NCBI RefSeq assembly: GCF_963921235.1
Contig: NC_086108.1
Location: forward strand, 45,634,001-45,698,000
DNA: 64,000 nt
From: Mobula hypostoma
Lineage: Eukaryota
Direction of reading: 5' to 3'
Each line of letters starts with the position of its first letter. Within the stretch, counting starts at the first letter, position 1. Positions 48,090-60,199 of the stretch are shown in pieces. The notes under the pieces were generated by a model. It was not told the origin of the DNA, ran no database searches, and worked only from the letters and a program-made list of their open reading frames with translations. A program made the position numbers and the translations under genes.

Positions 48090-48900
48090 TAAGCTCAGGA
48101 TTTTAAAAGTGAGCAGAGTCTATCGGGACTTTTGGCAGAGCCTGAGAAATCACAAGCTGTTGCGTGTGGTGTGTAAGCACAAGATTTTAAAATTGAACAA
48201 CATCTGTTGGGACTTTCAGTGGAGCTTAAGCTCATTTTAGTTATTAGGCACTTAGCAAGGGCTAATAAAAAGAAGTTAGTTTTAAGTGGAACGGCCATCG
48301 TATGTGTGGGCCAGTGTTACAGTCAGGAGCTGAGGCTTTGAGTCAAGACGTGTTGGCAAGAAGAAGCGGAGACTAAGATAAGCTTCTGCTCAGTTTCTTT
48401 TTTACTAATTGCAAAGTTAGAACAGCGAGTGGGAATGACAGTCAAGACAGTGGAGTGCCTCTCTTCTGGGATATAGGAAGCCATTGAGACCCCCATTATC
48501 CTTGACAACTTCACCTACCAGAAGGGCATCAAGCTGCATCTTCTTACAGATCATGTTAGGGAACTGCACCAGGAGCTGAACGAATCTCTGGTCATTCGGG
48601 GGCCTGAGGGGTTGATGGACAATAGATGCAGGGGGTAGTTGTACCTAAGATGCAAGACACAGGTAAATAGGGGACTATCCACAGAGGGAAAGAGGGTAGG
48701 CAGTCAGTGCAGGATACTGCTGTGGGGGTTCCCCTCAATAACAAGTATATTGTTTTAAATACTCTTGGAAAAGCCACAGCAGTCAGATCTCTGGCATTGA
48801 ACCAGTCTCCGTGACTTGGAAGGAAAGGGGGGAGAAGAGGTGAGTAGTAGAGATAGAGGATTCATTGGTACGGGGGGAACAGACAGAAGGTTCTGCAGAT
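48090..48900 (+). mobile_element. CR1 5' UTR/ORF1 remnant
   Basis: Similar to ORF1 at 40540-40863 (LQLLTDHVRELHQEL, VPLNNKY, IRDS..GTDRRFC). Confidence 0.65.
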
Positions 48901-49009
48901 GATGAACACCAAGCTGAACTGAAATATGCCTTTTGATTTTATGTTTTATATTCTGTGTTTTTCTCATTTTTTGTTGTGGCTTCCATGAATTTTTTGTGCG
49001 CATGACGCG

Positions 49010-49812
49010 GGAAGTGGGCTGAAAAATGGCAGATGGAATTTAATACAGACAAGTGTGTGGTGTTAAACTTAGGGAGGATAAACCGGAATTGAACACAGAC
49101 TAGGGCTCTGAGGTGTGTGGTAGAACAAAGGGATCTGGGAATATAGATCCGTAATTCCTTAAGGTGGTGTCACAGGTAGATAGAGTTGTAAGGAGAGCTC
49201 TTGGCATATTGGCTTTCATAAATCAAAGTATGGAGTACAGGAGTTGGGATGTTATTTTAAAGCTGTATAAGGCATTGATGAAGCCAGATTTGGAGTATTG
49301 TGTGTAGTTCTAGTTACCTACCTGAAGGAAAGCTATCAATAAGATTGAAAGTGTACAGAGAAAATTTACAAGAAGTTTGTCAGGACTTCAAGACCTGAGT
49401 TATAAGGAAAGATTGAGTAGGTTAGGTCTTTATTCCCTGAAGCGTAGGAGAATGAGGGGAGACCTGAGAGGGGTATAAGAGATTATGAGGGGTATAGATA
49501 GGGTAAATACAAGCAGTTTTTTTCACCGAGGTTGGAACTAGAGCTCGAGGTTATAGGTTAAGGCTGAAACGTAAAATATTTAAGGGGAACGTCTTCACTC
49601 AGAGGGTAGTGCAAGTGTAGAACGAGCTGCCAACAGACGTGGTGGATGTGAATTCATTATCAGCGTTTAGGAGAAATTTGGATGGGTACATGAATGCGAG
49701 GGGTGTGGAGGGTGGTGGTCCAAGTGTGGGTCAATGAGACTAGGCAGTATTGCACAGACCAGGTGGCCCATGGGTCTGTTTCTGTGCTTTAGTACTCTAT
49801 GAATCTATGACT
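49010..49812 (+). mobile_element. CR1 3' end
   Basis: WQMEFN.DKC..LEYCV..RRMRGDL; (CTATGA)n tail. Confidence 0.8.
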
Positions 49813-51172
49813 GGGAAAATGGGCCAAGAAATGGCAGATGGAATTTAACTCAGATAAATGCAAAATGATTCATTTTGGGAAGTTAAGGTAGGGCAGAAGG
49901 TACACAGTCAATGACAATTCCCTAAGAAGTATTGCTGAACAGAGTACGTGGTTCCCTGAAAGCGGTGACACTGGTAGGTCGGGTGGTGAGGAAGGAATAT
50001 GGCATGCTTGCTTTCATCAGATGAAGCAATGAGTACAGTTGTGACAATGTCTTCATCTCTGGAGAAGATGACAGAGTTTGTCACCGGAATGCCGGTTATA
50101 AACAATACCTGTACCCTGGAAGCCCAAGAAGTGTTTAATGTCTTATAGCTTTACAAGACATCGGTATGACTGAACTGGGAATATTACAGGAAGAATTGGG
50201 GTCAAAGAAACAGAACAAACTAAAAACTTTACAAATAACACTTTAATAATAACGATCACCTCTAACAAGCAGTGGTGAGGCGAGGCGTGGTTGAGACAAG
50301 TGGAGGCAGATGTGCAGTCGAAGCAGAGTCAGGGCAGGGTTGAGATATCCCCAAGAATGAGGAATGTGCCGATGTCTGATCATTTCAACACCAGGCCGAG
50401 TTAGAAGGTTGGGTACAGGCCGAATCCTGGTGGCGGGTTCCAGGCCTCAGAGCAGCCCAAGGGTGAGGAACAACCCAGTGTTTGGACGATTTAAGCGCCA
50501 GACCAGATTGAAAATGTCAGTGAATTAAGACTGGAGGCAAGGGCCGGTTCTGCTCATTGCTCTGCAATGTTTACCCAGCCCTACTCTAATCTGAGGTTTT
50601 GGCCTACTCTAATCTGAGGCTGCGGCCTACATCGGTTGCAGTGATGCCTGGCCTCATGTCTTTCATAAAATTCCAGTTGTGAATGTTACTTGCTCACTTT
50701 TATTGGGGGCACGATTTGTTTTTTCTCTCTTTCTCTGCTCATTGGCTGTTTGAAGGTCTTTTTTTAATGGGTTCTAACGGGTTTCCTTGTTTTGCAGCTG
50801 CCTGTGAAGAGATGAATCTCAAAGTTGTATATTGAATACATACTTTGATAATAAATATATTTGGAACTTTGAAATTTGAGAACATAATTAAACTAGACAG
50901 GATGCAGAAAAGATTCACTGGGATATTTCCAGGATGGTGGTCTTGGGTTATAAGGGGAAAATAAATAAGGTAGGGCTCTTTTTCTTGGAGTGAAGGAGGC
51001 TGAGAAGTGACATCAAGATTTGAAGGGATCTGAGGGGAAAGTTTTTCACCCAGAGACCAGTGAGTATATGGACCAATGCTATATATGCTAGTGAGGCGTT
51101 GAAGCAAGTACAATTATTCTTAAAAGACATTTGGAAATTTCCATGGAAAGAAAAAGTTTAGAGGGATAAAGG

Positions 51173-51749
51173 CAGACATCCCACTCTGCAAAAACTTATT
51201 TCAGGGAGGTAGCACCATCAATTTGCAGGAGACTCCCAGGAGAGGTGGGACGTCTGCAATAGAGTAGCTCCTTAGCAGCTGGCCAGCTAGTTTAAATAAC
51301 GTTAGCTATGCTAATGAACGAATGACACCTGTTAAACTCATCTCAACCTGTTGCAAACAGCGCAGCGAGCAACACTGTCGTTATTTTTGACCCCTATTAG
51401 GCAGGGGTACACTTTAGTGTAGTCTGGGGTGACGTACGTTTTATATTTTCTTTGGAACACTCTGCCATGGTGTGCTCTCTCTCTCTCTCTCTCTCGCGGT
51501 CACTCGCACGCTTTCAAGCACTCTCGCTTGCTTTCGGTCCCGCTTGCTTTCTCTCTCGCTCGCTCGCTTGCTTGCTTTCTCTCTTGCTCGCTGTCTCTCG
51601 CTCTCTTGCTTGAGCGCTCTCTCTTGCTTTCTCTCGCTCGCTCTCAAAAAAATTGATTTCCGTGATATTGTATATAACTTGCGGGCATCAGGGAGCCACT
51701 ATTAATATGCGGGAGACTCCCAGAACTTCCGGGAGAGTTGGGATGTCTG
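51173..51749. mobile_element. Non-autonomous DNA transposon (MITE, hAT-like)
   Basis: TIRs CAGACATCCCA / TGGGATGTCTG; flanking duplication TAAAGG; inserted in a CR1 3' end. Confidence 0.75.
51475..51645 (+). repeat. CT/CTCG-rich low-complexity tract within the MITE
   Basis: Seen directly. Confidence 0.85.
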
Positions 51750-52787
51750 TAAAGGCCAAATACAAGAAAATGGAGCTACTTGGGAAAGTATCTTTAAGGG
51801 CATGGACGTGTTGGATTGAAGGGCCTATTCTGCTCTGTGTAATTCTAACTCCATGACAAAGACAAACACCAGTGATAGGGACTCAATAATCAGAGCATCA
51901 GAAAGTCCTGGCCATGAGCAAAACTCGAAAATGGTTGGTTATCTCCCTGATGCTAGGGACCAAGATTTTTCAGAGCAGGTAAAGGACATTCTGAAAGAGG
52001 GGTGTGAGAAGCAAGTGTTCGAAATCCATGTAGGTATTAATAACATAGATTACAAGAGAGAGATGGTTCTGCAAAGAAAATTTAGGGAGTTTGGGCACAA
52101 AATTGAAAAGCAGAACCTCCAGGGTTCTAATCTCAGGATATGTCCTTGTGCCATGTGCAAATGAGATTCGGAATTGGAATATAGGACAGCTGAATCTGTG
52201 GCTACGGAGAGGCTCCAGGGTGGAGTGCTTCAGCTACTTGTATCATTTGGATCTCTTCCAGTGTAGGGGTAATCTATATAAGGGTGACAGGTCACACCCA
52301 AACTGGAGGGGAACGAATGTCGTTGCAGGGAGATTTGCTAGTGCTACTCATGAGTGTTTAAACTAGTGAGACCCAGAATAATAGTGGAGCAGGTGGAGAC
52401 AGAATTAGATGTAGAAAATAGAACAGGCAAGTCCAGTGGGCAAGGCAGGCAGGGACAAGTGGGAAAGCAGTAGGAGGCTCATAAATTTAACTGCATTTAC
52501 GGTAATGCAAGAAGCCTCTCAGCTAAGACGGATGCACTGAAAGCATGGATCTATACATGGGATTATGATATTGCTGCAGTCACAGAGGGAAAGGCTGGAC
52601 AGGTAGCTCAATGTTCCAAGGTATGGAGATTTCAGGCATGACAGATGGGGTACAATAGGGGAGTGGCTATTGCATCACTGATCAGGAAGCACTCAAACAA
52701 TATCCTTGACAAATTAGCCAATGAGGCTCTATGGGTAGAATCTAGAAATAAGAAAACTATGGTAGAAATAAGAAAGGACTTTGATGG

Positions 52788-52975
52788 CAAACAAGAGAAA
52801 ATCTGCAGATGTTGGAAATTCAAGCAACACACACAAAATGCTGGAGGAATTCAGCAGTGCAGGCAGCATCTATGGAAAAGGTACAATCGACGTTTCGGGT
52901 CGAGACATAGACTGTACTCTTTTCCATAGATCCTGCCTGGCTTGCTGAGTTCTCCCAGCATTTTGTGCGTGTTGC
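52788..52975. mobile_element. Fold-back mini-element made of two inverted Penelope termini
   Basis: Minus arm 52788-52906, plus arm 52910-52975; 14-bp TSD AAGGACTTTGA(T/C)GG. Confidence 0.8.
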
Positions 52976-52999
52976 AAGGACTTTGACGGGGCTACAGTA

Positions 53000-53222
53000 C
53001 ACGGCAATGTTGACTCAGACCATGAGAGGCCTGCGTCAGCATTTTCATGCCTTACAATGCACAGATTGGAAGTCTGTGTGGGGCGCCACTCCTCGCACAG
53101 AGACTAGAGCAATGTGTGATTAAGTGCCTTGCTCAAGGACACAAACACGCTGCCACAGCTGAGACTCGAACTAGTGACCTTGAGAAAACTAGACGAACGC
53201 CTTAACCACTTGGCTACGTGCC
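53000..53222 (-). mobile_element. tRNA-derived CORE-like SINE
   Basis: Minus strand A box TAGCCAAGTGG, B box GTTCGAGTC, then GTGTCCTTGAGCAAGGCACTTAA (CORE-like). Confidence 0.7.
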
Positions 53223-54204
53223 AAACAACAGGCCTCCCAATAGTAGGAATCTGAAGAACAAACATATAGGCAAATCACAATAGGGTTATTATAGGGAATT
53301 TTTTATTTTCCCAATATTGATTAGGATTGTCTAAAGGGAGTGAAATTTGTAAAATGCATTCAAGAGGGGTCATTGAAGCAATACACGGAGAGACTACAAA
53401 GAAAGTGTCTATATCCTAGGGCATGAGGATGGACAAGTGCTGGACCGGTCTGTGAAGGATCCCTTTGGAAACAGTGAACAAGGTACTCATGAAAAAAATA
53501 TAAGGTTCTGTTCTCAAGTTGAGGTGTTTAATTGGCAAAGAGCTGATTTCAACTGTGTAAGGCAATATCTGCTGAAAGTAGATGGAGAATTAAAGAAAAT
53601 AATGACATCGGATAAGAGGGAGGCATTTAACATGAAAATGGTAGCAGCTCAGAGTCAACATCTCTATGAGGGTAAGATTCAAATACATTAAGATTAGGGA
53701 ATTGAAAAATTGAAGGCTTGATCAGAAACGTTAAGACATCTGGTGTTGTGAGAGTCCTTTGAGGTTTACTGGTGATGTAGGAGAGAGCTTAAGAAAGAAA
53801 TTAGGCAGGTAAAAAGAGGACATGGAATCACCTTGGTAGGCAAGATTAAGGAGAATCGCATCATCATCTTTTATGTTAGAAAAAAAAAGGATAGCTAAGG
53901 GAAGAGTAGGTTCCTTCTGGGACCTAAAGGAAAATCATTGTGAGGAGCAAGGGGATACGAGCAGGATACTAAACGAAACCCTCCCATTGGTATTCACCGT
54001 AGAGAGGAGTGTGGAGGATGGAGAGTTAGAGGACAGGTACACTGATATTCTGGAACATGTCTGTGTTAGAAAAGAGTATGTATTAGAGATATTGACACAC
54101 ATTAAAGTAGATAAATCCCCAAGACTGATGGGATCTATCCCAGGATGCTATGGGAAGCAAGTGAAGTGATTGCTGAGGTTCTATATGAGACTTTTTCATC
54201 CCAT

Positions 54205-55990
54205 CCCATGTACCAAGCGGCTGCTTGAAAAGTTCCATTCAAACATCAAATGGGCCCGAATGATGATTAAAACAAACAAGTCCAGGAGCATTTCTGTACT
54301 TGAGGGATGGCTGGTCGACTATAAGTTCCATGTGGATGGGAAACTAATTCCTACTGTGTCAGAGATGCCAGTTAAAGGCTTGGGATACAAATCAAGTGAA
54401 ACTGCTGAGAGAAGAAATCATCAAAGGGCTTAAAGCCATCGATAAGGCCTTGCTGCCAGGAAACCTCAAGCTCTAGTGCCCTCAGTTTGGATTGCTCCCT
54501 CGGGTGTGGTGGCCACTGACTCTGAATGAAGTCCCCATCACTCGTGTTGAAAAGCTGGAGAGGACAGTTAGTTCCTTCATTAAAAAGTGGATGGGCCAGT
54601 ATCGCTAAGTAACATCTACCTGTAAGGCAAAGGAGCTCTGGAGTTGCCTGTCACGGGGCTGACTGAAGAGTTCAAGTGTGCTACGGTGAGGCTTGAGATG
54701 ACTCTTTTGGAATCTCGTGACAGTGTCGTCCAGGATACTGCACCCAGGACCTTAACTGGGAGAAAGTGGTGCCCAGCAGAGTCAGTAAATCTGGCAAAAG
54801 CCACACTCAGGTTTGCAGACATGGTGGGCCAGGGGCAATCTGAAAGTGGGGTCTTGGCATAGGCTCCCTTGGCAAAAGACGACAACACAAAAGCTTAGGC
54901 CAGCTATGGTGGTGGAGGAAGTACAGCGACAGGAGGAGCAGATGAGGTTTGCAAGAGCAGTGTCTCAGGCAACACAGGGACAGTGGACAAGTTGGGAAAA
55001 CATTGAGAAAAGAAAATTCAGCTGGAAAGAATTATGGGAAAGGGAAGGAAGAAAGATTAGCTACCTTATAAGAGCTGTTTATGTTGTTCTCCCAACTCCC
55101 AAAAATCTGAATCAGTGAAATAGCAGCTTGTCCACTCTGTGGAAGAACAGCAAACCTCAGGCACATCCTCTCATCTTGCAAAGTAAGCCTCACTCGAGGA
55201 AGATACACTTAGAGGCACAACAAGGTCCTCAGATGTTTGGCATCCATTGTGGAGAAGCAAAGGCTGAACAACAACTCTAAGCCGCATACGACTGGAAGAA
55301 CCACCATCCCCTTTGTTCAGCAAGGACAGTCAGTGCCACCCTCAGTGACATGGCTGGTGTCAGGCACACTGGAGCCTGCTGGTAACTGGAACATGCCTGG
55401 TGACCTCCTGGAGATAGCCATTACCACCCTCAGACCAGATTTGGTCTTGTGGCCCGGCAGTCTGAAGGTTGTAGTAATCTCAGAGCTCACAGTGCCCTGG
55501 GAAGATGCAGTCTGCGAGGTGTATGAGTGGAAACACGTAAAATACGCTGAGCTGGCCACAGATGCTAAGCTGTGTGGATGGAAGGTGCTGATTTTCCCAG
55601 GTGAGGTTGGCTGCGGAGGATTTGAGGCTCCCTCCATGGTCAGATTCCTGAATGGATTGGGAGTCTGAGGCCAGGGCCAGCGGCAGGCTATAAATGAACT
55701 CTCGGAGGTAGCCGAGCAAAGCAGCCGCTGGTTACGGATGAAGTGGAGTGACGGTAGTTCGGCCCTAAAATGACCCATGGGTGGCCAGATGTGAAGGGGA
55801 GTGCACCTGGGATGTCAGGTTGCACTGTTGAGCCCTCTGGAGATGCAGTGGGCTTAAACTGATGAGACATCTAAGAAGTGGGGTGCCCGCCCGATGATCC
55901 CAGGGAAGTACCTGCCACCCACCAATCCCCACCTCAAGATCCCTGAGATCTGAGTTAGGATCTGCTTATCAAAGGGATTGAAACAACTTA
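54205..55990 (+). mobile_element. Hero/R2-group non-LTR retrotransposon 3' portion (CCHC + restriction-like endonuclease), decayed
   Basis: CPLC..HILSSC..GRYT*RHNKVL; TTLRPDLVLW..ELTVPWED..KYAELA..EVGC. Confidence 0.8.
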
Positions 55991-57319
55991 TCCTACAAGT
56001 CTGAACTTCATTATCCATGGATTAGGTGCCAGAAGACCCTAGGATAGCTGATGTTGTTCCCATATTGAAAAGGGAAGTAGGGATAAACCAGTAAACTACA
56101 AGCTCATGAGTCTTAAATCAGTAGTTAGATTATTGAAAAAATTCTAAGGTACAGGACTGATACTGCCTAGGAAAGGCAAGAACTGTCTAGCATTTGTCAG
56201 CATGCTTTTGTGCAAAGGAAATCCTGCCTCAGAAATCTGATTGACTTTATTGAGCAGGTACCAGAGGAAATAGATGAAGGTAGAAGTATAGGTATAATTT
56301 GCAGCCCTACCATGGAAACATGGCCCTTAGTAGGTCCAGTAATTTAGGGCACATGGAATCCAAATCTGACTTTGTGAAAGGAAACAGAGAGTTGTGATCA
56401 AGGGGTGTTCTTTTGACAGGAAGTCTGTAACCAGTGGCCAACTAGGGATCACTGCTGGAACCATTGGTTTTTGTCATGTCTTCGGTGAGCAAGGATTGAT
56501 TCGTAAGTCTGCTAGTGGCACGGTATTGTGATAGAAAATTAAAAAGTTCATCAAAGGGTTTAGCGAGACATACTGTAACTCAACTGGAAAATTAGACAGG
56601 GCTATGACAGATGGGATTTAACCCAGTTATATGAGTTAATTCATTTTGGGGCATCAAATACTATCTACACGTATCAGCAAATAGTAGGAGCCTTGGGAGT
56701 ATTGATGTATAGAGGGCTCTCAGGGTTCAAATTCATAACTCCCTGAAAATGACAACATAGGTGGATAGGGAAATGAAGAAGGCATTCAGCATGCTTACCT
56801 TCATGGGCTGAGGCATTGAGTATAAGAGTTGGGATGCCATGTTGCAGCTGAATAAAACATTGCTTAGGCCACACCTGTTCAGTTCTGGTCACCATACTCC
56901 AGGAAAGATGTTCTAGCATTAGGAAAATTTAGAAAAGATAACATCCAGGTGTTGCTTGGAATGGAACACTTTACTTACCAGGCGAGATTGGATGGTCTGG
57001 GACATAAGAGATTGAGGGGAGCCCTCTATAAGGCATAGATTTTAGGTAAGAGTGGAGAAATTTAGAGACCTGAGGTGCACGTTTATCACACAGAGGGAGG
57101 TGTTTCTATGAAATGAGCTGCCAAAGGAAGCAATAGAAGCAGATACAATAATATAATTTAAAAGGTATTTGGGTAGATAATGGGGACGGAGGGAGCAGGG
57201 GGATACAGGCGTAATGCAGACAAATGGGATTAGTGTAGATAAGTATCATGACCGGCATGAACCATTTGGGCCAAAAGGCCTGTATCTGTGCCATACAACT
57301 CTATGACTATTAATGCACT

Positions 57320-57560
57320 GCACTCAGTGCTCCTCTACACTGGAGAAACCAAATGCATGTTAGATGATCATTTTGCAGAACACATTCATCCGGTCTGCAG
57401 AGGTAACCCTGAGCTTCCGGTTGCTTGTCCCTTCAATTCTCTGCCCCATCCCTACCCTAACCTCTCTGCCTTTGATAGTTTTTTACTGTAAAAGCTGTAG
57501 AGAGAATATATCCTCTTCCATTTTAATGTTGTAGACCCCAAGACTTAATATCGAATTCAA
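57320..57560 (+). mobile_element. Older Penelope-like GIY-YIG remnant
   Basis: LYTGETKCMLDDHFAEH..PVACPFNS. Confidence 0.65.
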
Positions 57561-57944
57561 CAATTCAAAACTGGCCTTTAAAATTATTTTTTTTCTCTCT
57601 TCGCAAATGTTGTTTGACATTCTGAGTACTTCAAGCATTCTCGTTCACTTCACTTGCTTTGCTTTACGGTATAACTCACAGCTCCAGCATTATTTTTCTG
57701 TTTCTCTCTCTATTTTCATTTATCTATATTTAGTGGTGTCTCCTTCAGACAGTTCAATGTTAACAAGTAGACCTCCACTTTCTTCTCATCTGGTACCATC
57801 AGTCATTCAGTTCCTCTTGGCCTTCACTATACCACAAACATTTCCTTTGTTCTCTCCAATCCTCACCCTTCTTTGCATCTCAAAAACACATTTGATTTCT
57901 AACTGTTCCTTATTATGATGAAAATTCATTAGTGAGAAATGTTA

Positions 57945-58136
57945 CACGAGGAAATCTGCAGATGCTGGAAATTCAAACAACACACATAAAAGTTGCTGGT
58001 GAACGCAGCAGGCCAGGTAGCATCTCTAGGAAGAGGTACAGTCGACGTTTTGGGCCAAGACCCTTTGTCAGGACTAACTGAAAGAAGAGCTAGTAAGAGA
58101 TTTGAAAATGGAAGGGGGACGGGGAGATCCGAAATG
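57945..58136 (-). mobile_element. Penelope-like terminal fragment with hammerhead motif
   Basis: 14-bp TSD AGTGAGAA(A/G)TGTTA; minus strand TAGTC-CTGACAA-AGGGTCTTGGCCC-AAAAC-GTC-GACTG at 58039-58076. Confidence 0.75.
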
Positions 58137-60199
58137 AGTGAGAAGTGTTAGCTTGATTTCTCTCACCATAGATATTGCCAATCAGCTAAATGTTCCAGCA
58201 CTTGTCCTTGATTTCCAACGTCTACAGTTGTGTTTTCTCCGCATCAGCTATTACTTAGCCTTTTGGACAATTTGCTTAATTAGGAAGTCAGGCTGCCAAA
58301 TGCTTTATGTAATAACCCATCTAGTTACAGGAGGCAGAGAATTATATTGCAATTCAATTATTATTATTATTAAGATATACACCAACAAATTAGAAGCTTG
58401 GCCTTCAATGGTATGCTCATATCTGAATGTAGTGATCCCTGAGTTAACTGTATTGCATTTCCCATAGTTTTGGTGTATCCTTTAAGGAGCTTCTTTAAGA
58501 AGATTGGAGCATTCAACTCCAAGCATTTAATTACTTTCAGAACATGGGACAATACCTGCCTCGAATGGCTCACTCAGTCACTGGAAAGAGAGACAATGTT
58601 CCTCAGTTTTAATTGCAACCATCTAAGCAAAGATATACCCAAATATAAAAGTTAGGAGGAAATTTATGGGAAATCATTTCACCTTCCCTTTCAGTATCCA
58701 CCTTGAGAATCTCAAATATGAGAGATGAGTATGAATACGGTATGTTTGAGAGAAAAGCACAACAAATAGGACCTTATCTCACCCAAGATGACTGACAAAA
58801 TGTAAGAATGTTTCTCAGCCTTGTTTGGTTTCAGCATTCACTCCGGGAAGTACATTCTATAGATACATTTTGGGAACTGTTTGAAGTTCGTTGGCAATGC
58901 TGGCCCACGAGTGATAACCGTTGAGCAGTGTACTTAAGAAACTGATTCACAGTAAAGAGTCAACATCTTCAATAGAGAAAAAAAAGTGATAAGGAAAGAA
59001 ATGAATTACCAAACATATTACCTTCCCTACATCTTCAATGTTTCTTCAGCTCCCCCAGTCCTGGGGAATCACATTTTAAGTCTATTATACAACTATTTAG
59101 CATGTGATTTATGAGACAAAGCATTAAAGTGGATAATAATCCGCTGTAGGAGTGCTGTGCAATTACAAGATCAAAGTTTGACATCTTCTTCTAACTGAGA
59201 TTTGTAACTGTGATATGGTGGCTAAAAGAATCTCTTATTAATATAAAAGGAAGAGCTTATGGAAATTGATTGCCAAGTCAGCAGCAACCCATGGGAAAAA
59301 AGGTTGAATGCAGGACATAATATATAACATACTGTAACTAAAATGTAAACTTGTCATTTTCATGCAAAACAATGGGTCAATTTAAACAAGTACTGTTTAG
59401 GAAATAAAAAAGACATATTGGAAGTGGAGGAGCGCAGTAAAATTTTTACACTATTGATGGAATTGTGCATCAGAAAAGCAAAAGACAAAGGCAAGGGAAT
59501 TTCTTTTGCATATACACATATTTGAATATGTATGCAATAAGCAGATGGATTTAATCTAAAACCTGAACTCCAGAAATGGATGTCCTGTCTCACATGGTAT
59601 TCCTACATCATTTCCCATTCAAATCCTAACCAAGTCTGAGTCTGCTCAGTTCACTTCACCAAGTCATGACCAAGCAGATCCAATCCGTAACCTGCAAACT
59701 ATACAATGGATCAATAATTCTCATTATAAATAATTTGAATATCACCTTCACCAATAAGCTTGTATGTCCTTAGTGGCTATTATACGATAACTCTAGGTAA
59801 GTTTGTTGTTATGTTTCAAGCTAATTAACTGCATTGAACCTTTCATAATCATATGGTATTTGAGATCCTTATGGCAAGCTGTTTATTGTAACAGAATAAT
59901 TGATTTTATCAGCCTGTCCACTTAGACTGAAACAAATTAGTGAAAGGTAATCAAGTTCAAGAGTCACGTCTGAATTGCCATAACATAGTTTTGTTTTAAT
60001 TTGATTAAATTCCAAGTATAATGAACATTTTTCAAAATTATTTATTACCAGAAGAGATAATTACAGGTACTAAGCATAGACATCCTCCTTACAGTGCTCA
60101 TTTTAGGATTTATTTTTATCAATTTGTCTACATTTTTAAAATTTGCATTTCCCATCAATAAATGTGAAAATTAATTGAGTCTGCCTCAAGTCCGTGATG

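Larger units (their letters stand above)
51870..57310 (+). mobile_element. Old, largely full-span CR1 LINE with nested insertions
   Basis: ORF1 esterase remnants (IHVGINNI, HPNWRGT), endonuclease (NAR, YDIAAVTE), RT remnants and CTATGA tail; heavily degraded. Confidence 0.75.

Noticed and set aside
51429..51705. Ser/Leu- and Arg/Glu-rich ORFs
   Set aside because: Translations of the CT-rich microsatellite
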